This document shows positions 44,442 through 53,802 of a DNA stretch of 64,000 bases, piece by piece. The notes below the pieces were generated by a model. The model worked only from the letters and a program-made list of their open reading frames with translations, ran no database searches and was not told the DNA's origin. The stretch is from Crocinitomicaceae bacterium (GTDB taxonomy: Bacteria; Bacteroidota; Bacteroidia; Flavobacteriales_D; Crocinitomicaceae), in assembly GCA_040880585.1 (NCBI GenBank), contig JBBDID010000061.1:95-64094 (forward strand), read 5' to 3'. How positions within the stretch are numbered: the stretch's first letter is position 1; the number at the start of each line of letters is the position of its first letter. Position numbers and translations under genes: made by a program.

Positions 44442-47400
44442 AATAAACCTCCCCAATTCCCCCAGTTGTAATCGTTTACCACTACACGCTTACGGTTTTT
44501 TAATTCAAAAATAGTTACCGTTTTTTCAATCGTTTGCTCCATTTCCTGATCGTTCACCACAGAAAGTCCTTTCTTTTTGTCTTGTTGTTCTGTGTTAAAC
44601 TGGTCGTCTTCCAGTGGTTGGATGCCCACATAATCAATCATCCAGTTTTTTGTGTCCTCTGTTTTTCGTTTAAAAAAGTAAATGTAACCCGTATTTTTCC
44701 CGTTGTCAACCTCTACCTTTTTTACAAAAGAGACGGTATCCTTTTCTTTATCATAACCGGTATTGTAAAGCAGGGAAAAAGCCATTTCTTCTTGTGTAAT
44801 TTCAGCGGGAAAATAAGAGAGCATTTCTTCTGCTTCCAGTCGGTTATAAGCCCAGACGCGGTGATCCAGATCTTTACTGACCTCATTTATCTTAGCCGTA
44901 TCGACCGGCAAACCCAATTTGTGGTGTACGATTTCTGCTTCCAAAAGGAACTTTTTATCGTTGATACGATAAATATCCTCAAAAAAGGCTTCACTATCTA
45001 TATGTTTCTCTTTTTTAAAAGCACACATCAGTGCGTAATAATCTAAAAACAATGATTGATATTCTGCAGATTGAGAATAGCCGTAGTAATAGTTGTTCTT
45101 TTTCTTTTTATCATCTTTTTGATTGGCTACCGTACGTTTTAATTCAATATTTGCATTTCTGTAAATCGATTTCTTTTCTGAACTGAAATCTTCAAATTCA
45201 AAAATGGCATTGAGATAACCATGAGCAAGCATCTCTACTATATAAGGCTTGTACTCCGGATACTGAGCGACATCTAACATCTCAGGGAAAAACCCTTCTG
45301 CTAAATCAAGGGAATCGTAGAGGTTGTTAAAAAAGTTCAATTTGTTGCTCTTTTCCGTAAAAGGGGTGTTGTCGATCAGCAATTTTTTAATGGCATTATA
45401 GGCTTCTTGCGTTTCAGTATAAGAAAAGGATTTAAGTACAATGAATTGCAGATCAGAGTTGAAATTGTTAGAATCGTATACTGCATACAGAAAGTCGTAA
45501 GCCTCTTGTACTTCAATGTTTCCTAAAGACATGATCAAATCTTCCCGATACTCTGTCTCTTTTTCTTCATCAAACTCATGTTCATAATAGGTTTTAACAA
45601 CACCTGGAACATCCTTTTCTTCGAAAATTACTTTTGAAATAGATTTCATGGCGTTTACACGATTCAGGCTATCTTCTCCAAACACATGACTAAAGAATAC
45701 TTCGGCTTTATCTTCAAAAACATCTCTACCAATTAAAGTATCCATAGGAGTATAGGAGTCATAGAAAGTAGAAACATATTCAGTGGGGCCTTCCAACGTA
45801 TCTATTAAAGACTGAAGAGTATACAATACGCCATGTTGTAAATGCATTTGGGTGTAGATGCCCTTTGCGCTACCGGTATCTGTCAACATGAACGATATTG
45901 TTAGTGAATCTTCATCTTTGTGTTTTTTCTGAGATACAATGAATTGATTCTCAGTTTCCAGTCGTTTAATTTGATAGTCCCAAAAATCATTGCGTGAATC
46001 AGCACCCTGATAATCGTGAAATTTGGTGTACCCTACATAGATGACTTCATTGGTTTTAGGATTCGTATGGTATTTTGAGTCAGTTTTGCTCAGGTAAGAT
46101 TTATCTTCCTCATCATCACTATTATAATTTCGATAAAGGTTATACCCCATGGCTTTATAGTCTGGTTTATCATCTTTTTTGATGGTGTTAACGGTGTAAA
46201 ACAGGGTGGTGTCTTCATAAAGTGTGTATTCCTGATCGACTTGATGTTTGGTAAATTTAAAAGAATCAAAAAAGGCAGTTGCATTCTCATTTTTTGAGGT
46301 AGTAGACATTAAGTAGTATAACCCCCGCTTAGTAATTATTTTGATCGATAAATCGGCTACCTGATTTTGGTGATTTTTATCTGCCTTTAACTCTTGTCTA
46401 ACGGATGCGTAACTTCCGTTATGCTTATATTCCGTTCTCTCGATTTCACAACCCAATTGTTTTGCATACTGCTCACCTAAATAAGCCAGATCAAATGAAT
46501 CTTCTTCAATGTAATCCAAATCATTCAAAGTATATCGCATCACCTGAAAGTAGTCGCCAGATTCCTGATCAAAAGATTGATAGAGAGGAAAAACATTAGT
46601 TTCATCCATCTCATCAATCATGTCCTGACCTGAAACCATTCCTTTCATAGACCATTGAGCGCCACCAAATTTGGGAGCAACATCTTTCCACTCACTACTT
46701 TGTGGAGCCAGTACAATTTTTGAAAAGAAACTTTGGGGTTCAGAATGTTCTACATAATCTTCTATTCCCGACCCTTTGAAAACAATAATCTCAGTAGGCG
46801 TAAAGAATACATTGTAATTTACGCGTGCATTTTTACTGGTAGTGGTTAGAATACGATATCCTTTATGTCCGTTGAGCTCAAGATTTTCTACTTTCAGAAT
46901 GTCTCCCGGTGTAGCAGGGTATAATAAACTGTCAAAAGTAGATTGGTAATAAGCTTGATCCTTATTGAAGATGGGGGCAAACGTAAAGAGACGAACCACA
47001 CTAAAGTAACCGCCATTAATGGGTTCAGGGCATAAGTATTCTAATTTTCCGCGCTTGCTGGTGGGCATTTCATACAGTTTACCGGGAACATATAATTTAA
47101 TAAAGCCATCTGAAGTGGAAGTTTCTGTAAATGCCACAGCTTTATACTGTTTCTCCAATTTTTTTCTCATTTTGTGAGCCTTTGATGTAGATTTGGAGGA
47201 AACCGCACGTACTTTATATCCCTCTTTTCTCAACAATTCAATAGCGCCTTCTTCGCCGGGAAGATGCGCTGCCCCAATTCCGGTAAAAATGGAATGTTGA
47301 TGCATAATTGAATCCATTCGTCGAACCATGTTCTTATTGCGTTCTACAATAAAATATTTATGGTATACAGATGTGGGAGTATTGGATCGGGTTAAGGAAT

Positions 47401-48052
47401 CAATCTGATCTAAATCGCCACGGCGGTAGGCTTCTTCTAGTTTTACGTATTTCTTTTGCGCATCTTGCTCCAAATAGGTATTACTCTTATTATCTCGTTT
47501 TTTATCCTGATCAGGGGTCATGGATTTTAAAGAAAGTTCCATGACTTCATCAAAATCTTCCAAACTGTGAATGGGCTTGCCATTTTTAGCACCGGCTTGG
47601 TAAATGAACATGTCTAAGTAGGTGTTTTCCTGATAATCTTCATTTCCCGGATTGAAGCGATAAAGGATCTGATTCATTAATCCGTTTTTATTCTCCAGTA
47701 AATCATACATAACTTCTGTTCCGGGATCTTCAATTTTAAAAGCTCTTTTGTAAAAATCGGATCCAAAATCATATCCACCCAAAGAAAAAACACCCATATC
47801 CCGATAATCTTCCATCCAGCTTTCCGGGGATGACTCTAAAGCCACGCCTTTGGTCTTGTTCAGGCAGTAATAAAAAGAATCACTCACGTTAAACGCCAGT
47901 TTATTGGAAACGTGCATGGTGCCATAAAGGTAACTGGGTTCTGACAGTCCGTTGCCGCTAATCTCCCATAACAAACCCTGATACTTTTTTTGAGATAATG
48001 AGGGGGTAGCAAGTACTAAAACACAAAGAAAAAAAACGATATTTTTACACAT
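44438..48052 (-). CDS. Very large secreted protein with N-terminal TraB/GumN-family domain
   Basis: 1204 aa with a signal peptide and LLWEISGNGLSEPSYLYGTMHV, typical of TraB/GumN. The remaining ~900 aa are not recognisable. Confidence 0.6.
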   Translation of the reverse strand: MCKNIVFFLCVLVLATPSLSQKKYQGLLWEISGNGLSEPSYLYGTMHVSNKLAFNVSDSFYYCLNKTKGVALESSPESWMEDYRDMGVFSLGGYDFGSDFYKRAFKIEDPGTEVMYDLLENKNGLMNQILYRFNPGNEDYQENTYLDMFIYQAGAKNGKPIHSLEDFDEVMELSLKSMTPDQDKKRDNKSNTYLEQDAQKKYVKLEEAYRRGDLDQIDSLTRSNTPTSVYHKYFIVERNKNMVRRMDSIMHQHSIFTGIGAAHLPGEEGAIELLRKEGYKVRAVSSKSTSKAHKMRKKLEKQYKAVAFTETSTSDGFIKLYVPGKLYEMPTSKRGKLEYLCPEPINGGYFSVVRLFTFAPIFNKDQAYYQSTFDSLLYPATPGDILKVENLELNGHKGYRILTTTSKNARVNYNVFFTPTEIIVFKGSGIEDYVEHSEPQSFFSKIVLAPQSSEWKDVAPKFGGAQWSMKGMVSGQDMIDEMDETNVFPLYQSFDQESGDYFQVMRYTLNDLDYIEEDSFDLAYLGEQYAKQLGCEIERTEYKHNGSYASVRQELKADKNHQNQVADLSIKIITKRGLYYLMSTTSKNENATAFFDSFKFTKHQVDQEYTLYEDTTLFYTVNTIKKDDKPDYKAMGYNLYRNYNSDDEEDKSYLSKTDSKYHTNPKTNEVIYVGYTKFHDYQGADSRNDFWDYQIKRLETENQFIVSQKKHKDEDSLTISFMLTDTGSAKGIYTQMHLQHGVLYTLQSLIDTLEGPTEYVSTFYDSYTPMDTLIGRDVFEDKAEVFFSHVFGEDSLNRVNAMKSISKVIFEEKDVPGVVKTYYEHEFDEEKETEYREDLIMSLGNIEVQEAYDFLYAVYDSNNFNSDLQFIVLKSFSYTETQEAYNAIKKLLIDNTPFTEKSNKLNFFNNLYDSLDLAEGFFPEMLDVAQYPEYKPYIVEMLAHGYLNAIFEFEDFSSEKKSIYRNANIELKRTVANQKDDKKKKNNYYYGYSQSAEYQSLFLDYYALMCAFKKEKHIDSEAFFEDIYRINDKKFLLEAEIVHHKLGLPVDTAKINEVSKDLDHRVWAYNRLEAEEMLSYFPAEITQEEMAFSLLYNTGYDKEKDTVSFVKKVEVDNGKNTGYIYFFKRKTEDTKNWMIDYVGIQPLEDDQFNTEQQDKKKGLSVVNDQEMEQTIEKTVTIFELKNRKRVVVNDYNWGNWGGLF

Positions 48053-48152
48053 AAATGAATCCTGAAAAATTAATAAGTATTGGGTTCACGTAAAAATAAC
48101 AAGGATTATTGTAAAAGTAACAGCTTGGGCTGATGAATCTGCCTGCTACTTA

Positions 48153-49397
48153 TTATCTGTTGGTTTTTCGATCATTGTTTTTAGGACGCGACTTAAAATT
48201 ATTTTTTCTATTTTTTTGTCCGCCCTTGTGGTGATGAGATTTGGTCTTAGCTCCCCAAACGGGACCTTCTCCTACTTCTTTTGGGGGATTAAGTTTAGGA
48301 ATTTCTGTCTCTATAAGCTGCTCAATCCGGCTAAACTTACTCATGTCTTTTGGATTGATCAGTGTAAACGCTTCTCCTTTGGTATTCGCTCTTGCAGTTC
48401 TCCCCACACGGTGTACATAATCTTCAGCATCTGATGGGACATCAAAATTAATCACCATATTGATCTCCTTAATATCAATTCCCCGGCTCATTACATCTGT
48501 AGCAACAAGCACACGTATGCGTTTGGATCTGAATCCGCGCAGCACCTCTTCCCGCATATCCTGATCCAGATTGGAAGAAATACCATGCGCTTTGTACCCC
48601 TTCTTTTTTAAGGATTGAACGATTTCAGAAACTTTATTTTTTGTAGAAGTAAAGATAATAATACTGTCGTGGTGTTTTCTTTCAGATAAAATAGCATCCA
48701 GAACGCCTACTTTTTGGTTATCAAAGGTCAGGTAAGCCTTTTGGTCAACACCTTCAGCTGGTTTTGAGATCGATAAAGAAATCTCTACCGGATTATTGGT
48801 AATGCGTTTTGCCAATTGTCGGATGGAAGAGGGCATGGTAGCACTAAACATGAGTGTTTGATGTTTTTCAGGCAAATAGGAGATGATTTTTTTCAAATCA
48901 TCAATAAAACCCATATCCAACATACGATCTGCTTCATCTAATACCAAATGTTTTACATGGTCAAAGTTGACATAGCCCAGCTTAAGGTGAGAAAGTAATT
49001 TTCCCGGTGTGGCAACAATGATGTCTGTTCCCTCCTTTAAAGCTTTCCTTTGAACATCAAAGTCTTTACCATCTCCACCGCCATAAACGGTTTGAGAACC
49101 CACACTCAAAAAATAAGAAATCCCTTGTATTTCCTGTTCGATTTGAATGGCCAATTCTCGCGTAGGAACAACAATTAAGGTGTCAATGTTGCTATCTTTT
49201 TTACCGACGAGTTTGTTCAAAATCGGCAAAACAAATGCCCCGGTTTTCCCTGTTCCGGTTTGCGCACAGGCGAGCATGTCTTTATTGTTTAAAATCTCTG
49301 GAATGGCTTTGACTTGTATAGGGGTAGCCTCTTCAAACCCCATGTAGTGGATGGCCTCCAGTAATTCATCCTTAAGGCCTAATTCAGTAAATTTCAT
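48153..49397 (-). CDS. DEAD-box ATP-dependent RNA helicase (RhlE/DeaD-like) with basic C-terminal tail
   Basis: Q-motif, AQTGTGKT, PTRELA, DEAD, SAT and HRVGRTAR motifs. The tail is Lys/Arg/His-rich. Confidence 0.9.
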   Translation of the reverse strand: MKFTELGLKDELLEAIHYMGFEEATPIQVKAIPEILNNKDMLACAQTGTGKTGAFVLPILNKLVGKKDSNIDTLIVVPTRELAIQIEQEIQGISYFLSVGSQTVYGGGDGKDFDVQRKALKEGTDIIVATPGKLLSHLKLGYVNFDHVKHLVLDEADRMLDMGFIDDLKKIISYLPEKHQTLMFSATMPSSIRQLAKRITNNPVEISLSISKPAEGVDQKAYLTFDNQKVGVLDAILSERKHHDSIIIFTSTKNKVSEIVQSLKKKGYKAHGISSNLDQDMREEVLRGFRSKRIRVLVATDVMSRGIDIKEINMVINFDVPSDAEDYVHRVGRTARANTKGEAFTLINPKDMSKFSRIEQLIETEIPKLNPPKEVGEGPVWGAKTKSHHHKGGQKNRKNNFKSRPKNNDRKTNR

Positions 49398-49634
49398 AGA
49401 GGATGAAGATAGTTATTTCTTTTGTTTTTACGACTATCCTGTTTGATTTGAATGTAAAATAAAAGTAGATCTAAAGTATATTTCGTCATTGATCCAGATA
49501 CGTTGAAACTTAACTTTCAAACCACTAAATGTGTCATACAATTATAAGGAGTGGTGCTTGCAAAGCCAACGCACCGAGGGAAATTGTTTTAAAAATTTGT
49601 ATCTGACTTAATAATATATAACTAACATGAAGTA

Positions 49635-50789
49635 CTAATGTTCGTCTATTAATGAACTAACATTGTTCCAACTTAATATAGTTTCATTTGTTCTCGGTTG
49701 ACTTGTGTTTATTGCGTTTAAGAGGTAATGTTTTATATCAAAATTGTTTAGTTGATTATCTAAATAGTGTAAAGATTTAATAAACTCACTCTTCACGGTT
49801 TCGGAGGCCTTCATTTCAATCAGTTTTACTTTATTACCTTGATCAATTATAAAGTCAATTTCATTTCCATTACTGTCTCGCCAAAAATAAAATGGATGCC
49901 GTAAACCATTATTTTTATAAGTTCTAATAATATCATTAACTCCAAAATTTTCAAATAACGCTCCTTTGTACTTTGATAGCAACAGATTTTCTTTTGATTC
50001 AACACCTAGTAAGAAAGCAACAATTCCCGTGTCATAAAAATAAAGTTTAGGTGTTTTTACTAATCTTTTGGCGAAATTTTTGTGCCAAGGCTTAAGAGTA
50101 AAAACAATATAGCTTGCCTCTAAGATTGAAAACCAGCGTTGAACTGTTTTTATATCCACCCCCAACTCCTTTGAAATGCGGTTGAAATTGATAAGTTGTC
50201 CAACATGGTGAGCTAATAGATAAAGAAATTTTTGAAAAAGAGATAAATCCTGAACATTTATAATATTCCGAACATCTCGTTCAATATAGGTTTGAATGTA
50301 GTTTGGAAAATAATCATTTGGTGCTATATCTTTATCAAAGATTCTTGGATAACCTCCTTTTAATAAGGCTTCATGCCAGTTCTTTAAACTAATCTCTTGT
50401 TGAGAAAATGGCAATAACTCCATAATATAAACCCTTCCTGCCAGACTTTGGCTAATTTTTTCTAACAATAAAAAATTTTGTGATCCAGTCAGAATATATT
50501 GACCGCTCAAATTGGATTCATCTACAACTTGTTGAATATAGGAAAAAAGTGATGGACAATTTTGTGCTTCATCAATGACCACATGTTTATCATAAAGACT
50601 AAGAAAGCCCTTCGGATCAGATTCAGCAAAGTACAAATTATCGGGGTTTTCCAAACTCACGTACTTGTAATCTGGAAATATATTACGACATAGAGTTGTT
50701 TTACCCGACTGCCTTGGACCGGTGAGTAAAATAACGGGGAATTTTTTTGCCATTTCTAAAACCTTATGACTAGCGACTCTTTCAATCAT
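49635..50789 (-). CDS. AAA+ ATPase with wHTH and C-terminal DUF4143-like (restriction-endonuclease-fold-like) module
   Basis: Walker A GPRQSGKTT, Walker B VVIDEAQ, an HTH-like ISKELGVDIKTVQRWF, and a C-terminal YFWRDSNGNEIDFIID...LIEMKAS. Confidence 0.8.
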   Translation of the reverse strand: MIERVASHKVLEMAKKFPVILLTGPRQSGKTTLCRNIFPDYKYVSLENPDNLYFAESDPKGFLSLYDKHVVIDEAQNCPSLFSYIQQVVDESNLSGQYILTGSQNFLLLEKISQSLAGRVYIMELLPFSQQEISLKNWHEALLKGGYPRIFDKDIAPNDYFPNYIQTYIERDVRNIINVQDLSLFQKFLYLLAHHVGQLINFNRISKELGVDIKTVQRWFSILEASYIVFTLKPWHKNFAKRLVKTPKLYFYDTGIVAFLLGVESKENLLLSKYKGALFENFGVNDIIRTYKNNGLRHPFYFWRDSNGNEIDFIIDQGNKVKLIEMKASETVKSEFIKSLHYLDNQLNNFDIKHYLLNAINTSQPRTNETILSWNNVSSLIDEH

Positions 50790-50793
50790 TACC

Positions 50794-50801
50794 CAAAAGT
50801 A
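50794..50801 (-). promoter_or_regulatory. Putative -7 box (TACTTTTG on minus strand) abutting the ATPase start codon
   Basis: Matches TAnnTTTG and ends 4 nt before the ATG at 50789, which implies a leaderless mRNA. Confidence 0.35.
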
Positions 50802-50810
50802 GCAAATAAA

Positions 50811-50876
50811 TATGTAAATATGGAATAATAACTATGTAATATTGGCATATTATCTATGTAATATTGGATATCATGG
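50811..50876. repeat. Three direct repeats TATGTAA(A/T)AT(T)GG with exact 22-bp phasing
   Basis: Copies start at 50811, 50833 and 50855. Copies 2 and 3 are identical over 13 nt (TATGTAATATTGG). Confidence 0.8.
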
Positions 50877-51080
50877 TGTGAAACTGAAGCTAATAATCTA
50901 AATACTGGCTTGAGTACAGGTGTTTAAAACACTTCAAATGGTTAATGACACTATAGGTTATGCAATTAGTTTGGATGGCATTTACAAAACATACAATACC
51001 GGTGGTACTGGTCAGGAAGTTGTTTTTTTGGGTCAGTGAGAAATGATTATCTTTATTCCACTATCAGAAGACGAAAACGT

Positions 51081-53375
51081 ATGCCAATCAAGAGAAATTT
51101 ACATATTTTGCCCCCTGAGGAGTTCAGTGAGTTAACAAGAGGAAAACGCAAAAAAAAGGCTGCAGGTGTTCCGGCTTTGATCAGCACATTTCAACACATT
51201 TCAAAAGAAATGGGAGTTTGGAAAGGGATCAAATTATTAAATAAGATGAATCAAAAGGACGGTTTTGATTGTCCGGGTTGTGCCTGGCCTGATCCGGATG
51301 GAAAACGATCGGGTTTGGGAGAGTATTGTGAAAATGGCGCAAAAGCAATCGCCGAAGAAGCTACTGATAAACGTGTTACCCCTGAATTTTTTGAGAAACA
51401 TTCAGTTGAAGAATTGTCAGGATGGTCGGATTATCAATTGGGAAAATCAGGGAGGCTGACGCAGCCCATGTACTTATCTGCAGATGCGATTCATTATAAA
51501 CCGATTAGTTGGGAAGCTGCCTTTAAAAAAATAGCAGAGAAATTAAAATCCTTGAATGATCCAAATGAAGCGGTGTTTTATACTTCAGGAAGAACCAGTA
51601 ATGAAGCGGCCTATTTGTACCAACTAATGGTCAGACAATACGGAACCAATAACTTACCGGATTGTTCAAATATGTGTCATGAATCTTCAGGAGTAGCTTT
51701 GGGACAGACTTTGGGAATCGGAAAAGGATCGGTTACTCTGGAGGATTTTTATGAAGCAGAAGTGGTGATGATAGTGGGGCAAAATCCCGGAACAAATCAT
51801 CCCAGGATGCTTTCTGCACTGGAAAAATGTAAAAAAAACGGAGGAAAAATTGTCTCTATTAATCCCATTCCTGAGGCCGGAAACAATGTCTTTGTCAATC
51901 CCCAAAATCCCTTTGCTATTTTTAAAGGAGGAATTGATTTAGAAGACCATTACTTACAAGTAAAAATCAATGGAGATGTCGCCTTGTTAAAGGCACTTAT
52001 GCTCTTGCTTTTAGAAGCCGAAGATAAGGCTCCGGGTTCAGTGTTTGACCTGGATTTTATCAACCAATATACGGATGGATTTGACTTGCTGATGAAAGAA
52101 CTTAGATCGACCCATTTTGGAGAAATGGTAAGACAGTCAGGGGTGCCAGAATCGAAAATTCGGGAGGTGGCTAATTTGCTCATTGAAAAGAAAAAAATCA
52201 TTATCTGTTGGGCCATGGGGATTACACAACATGAGAACGGCGTTGATAATATTAAAGAGATGGTGAATCTGCTTTTGCTTAAAGGGAGTATCGGAAAAAA
52301 AGGAGCCGGAACATGTCCTGTTAGAGGACATTCAAATGTGCAGGGCGATCGCACCATGGGGATTTGGGAAAAGCCCAAGGAGGAATTTTTAGCTTCTTTG
52401 AGAAAGCACTTTGATATTGAAGTACCATCTGAGCATGGAGTAGATGCGGTAGAATCAATAGCTGCTTGTGAAAAGGACAAGGTTCGTTTTTTTATGTTTT
52501 TGGGAGGAAATTTCATTTCTGCCACTCCGGATAGTCAACGTACAGGTGAGGCGATTCAAAACTGTGACCTGACGGTGCAAATTTCCACTAAATTAAATCG
52601 TTCTCATGTAGTGACCGGAAAAGAGGCGATCATTTTGCCTTGCCTTGCGCGCAGTGATAAGGATCAACAAAAATCCGGATTGCAATTTGTTTCAGTTGAA
52701 AATTCTATGGGCATTGTGCATTCGAGTAAGGGAAGCCTGCCACCTTTTTCAGATCAATTAAAAAGTGAACCGGCAATTATTGCAGGAATTGCCCATGCTG
52801 TATTTGGGTCAGAAAAAATCAATTGGGCTGAGATGACGGAAAATTACGACACTATCAGAGATCATATAGAGGCGACAATTCCGGGATTTGATGAATATAA
52901 TAAGCGGGTTAGAATTCCAAGAGGGTTTTATTTGCCGAATGGTTCCAGAGACAGAAACTTTGCTACCCCCAACGGAAAGGCGCAGTTTTCTGTAGTATCT
53001 GTACCGGATCGAAAAATAGATCATGACAGTATGATTATGATGACCATACGCACACATGATCAGTACAATACAACCATCTATGGGATGGATGACCGTTACC
53101 GCGGAATTAAAGGAGAGAGAAGGGTAGTGCTGATGAATCCGGAAGATATGGAATCAAAAAAATTAAAAGAAGAAGAGGTGGTGGATATCGTTGGTTTGTA
53201 CGAAGGAAAAGAACGAATCGCCAGAAATTTCAAAGTGCTCCCTTATGATATTGCAATGGGATGCGTGGCAACTTATTTTCCTGAAGCCAATGTATTGGTA
53301 CCTTTAGAAAGTGTCGCCAAAGGGAGTAATACGCCGGTTTCTAAATTCATTGAAGTGAAATTGAGAAAAGTCTAG
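51081..53375 (+). CDS. FdhF/YdeP-family molybdopterin oxidoreductase
   Basis: GFDCPGCAWPDP, FYTSGRTSNEAAYLYQL, PDCSNMCHE, RGHSNVQGDRTMG and HDQYNTTIYGMDDRYRG closely follow what I recall of E. coli YdeP. The ATG at 51081 is preferred over the GTG at 51036. Confidence 0.85.
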   Translation: MPIKRNLHILPPEEFSELTRGKRKKKAAGVPALISTFQHISKEMGVWKGIKLLNKMNQKDGFDCPGCAWPDPDGKRSGLGEYCENGAKAIAEEATDKRVTPEFFEKHSVEELSGWSDYQLGKSGRLTQPMYLSADAIHYKPISWEAAFKKIAEKLKSLNDPNEAVFYTSGRTSNEAAYLYQLMVRQYGTNNLPDCSNMCHESSGVALGQTLGIGKGSVTLEDFYEAEVVMIVGQNPGTNHPRMLSALEKCKKNGGKIVSINPIPEAGNNVFVNPQNPFAIFKGGIDLEDHYLQVKINGDVALLKALMLLLLEAEDKAPGSVFDLDFINQYTDGFDLLMKELRSTHFGEMVRQSGVPESKIREVANLLIEKKKIIICWAMGITQHENGVDNIKEMVNLLLLKGSIGKKGAGTCPVRGHSNVQGDRTMGIWEKPKEEFLASLRKHFDIEVPSEHGVDAVESIAACEKDKVRFFMFLGGNFISATPDSQRTGEAIQNCDLTVQISTKLNRSHVVTGKEAIILPCLARSDKDQQKSGLQFVSVENSMGIVHSSKGSLPPFSDQLKSEPAIIAGIAHAVFGSEKINWAEMTENYDTIRDHIEATIPGFDEYNKRVRIPRGFYLPNGSRDRNFATPNGKAQFSVVSVPDRKIDHDSMIMMTIRTHDQYNTTIYGMDDRYRGIKGERRVVLMNPEDMESKKLKEEEVVDIVGLYEGKERIARNFKVLPYDIAMGCVATYFPEANVLVPLESVAKGSNTPVSKFIEVKLRKV

Positions 53376-53539
53376 TGTCAAGTCAAGTCTTGAATGACGG
53401 GTAAGGCGGTGGTAGATTTTGAGATGTATCAAGGCTCAAAAAATGAGCATAGCCGTAGTTAAGTGATTTTTTTGGAACGCAGAGACATCTCAAAAGATAT
53501 ACTGGACTACCCGTAGGTTTAAGCTTGACTTGACACTAG
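53372..53539. repeat. ~168-nt nested inverted repeat (long imperfect hairpin) starting at the ydeP-like stop codon
   Basis: Outer 16-bp arms are CTAGTGTCAAGTCAAG (53372-53387) and CTTGACTTGACACTAG (53524-53539). Middle arms are ACGGGTA (53397-53403) and TACCCGT (53508-53514). Inner 11-bp arms are TTTTGAGATGT (53417-53427) and ACATCTCAAAA (53485-53495). Confidence 0.85.
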
Positions 53540-53802
53540 GGTGATGATTGGTAAGAAAGGTAATATTCAATTATAACCGCGCTGAGTGTGGGCTTTGGTT
53601 TGGTTGCTGTCTTTTCATTTTTTCTCTATAAAAGATTTAATATTACACGGTTATTTTTATTAGATCTGGCACTCGCTCTCTGATTATCATCTGTGTCTCT
53701 CTAATTTTAATATCTTGTAGTTCATTAGCCTCCGGTGTGCTGATAAGTTCTGGAGTTTGAAATCCAGCACTTATAACGGCTGAGAATGTTAGATATAGAA
53801 AA

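Noticed and set aside
50938-51039. 33-codon ORF (MVNDTIGYAISLDGIYKTYNTGGTGQEVVFLGQ) just upstream of the ydeP-like gene
   Set aside because: It is too short and has no signal. The faint resemblance to an Asp-box/BNR-like turn is not enough to call a gene or a pseudogene fragment. It could be tested with ribosome profiling.
51036-51080. Upstream alternative starts: GTG 51036 for ydeP-like, TTG 31062 for the T9SS protein, TTG 9172 for the symporter
   Set aside because: The extensions add non-homologous residues. 31062 lies inside a good promoter match. 9172 would leave only 22 nt between divergent start codons. Downstream ATGs give sensible N-termini, including a signal peptide in the T9SS protein.
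53743-53774. 11-bp (one mismatch) hairpin ATAAGT-T-CTGGA / TCCAG-C-ACTTAT upstream of 53803 as a terminator or riboswitch
   Set aside because: It has no following T-tract and no conserved riboswitch core that I can recognise. It may be a 5'-UTR structure, but there is no further support.
53590-53800. Open minus-strand frame (…AGFQTPELISTPEANELQDIKIRETQMIIRERVPDLIKITV) as a possible gene remnant
   Set aside because: There is no start codon giving more than 16 aa and no recognisable family. It overlaps the start of the plus-strand gene at 53803.
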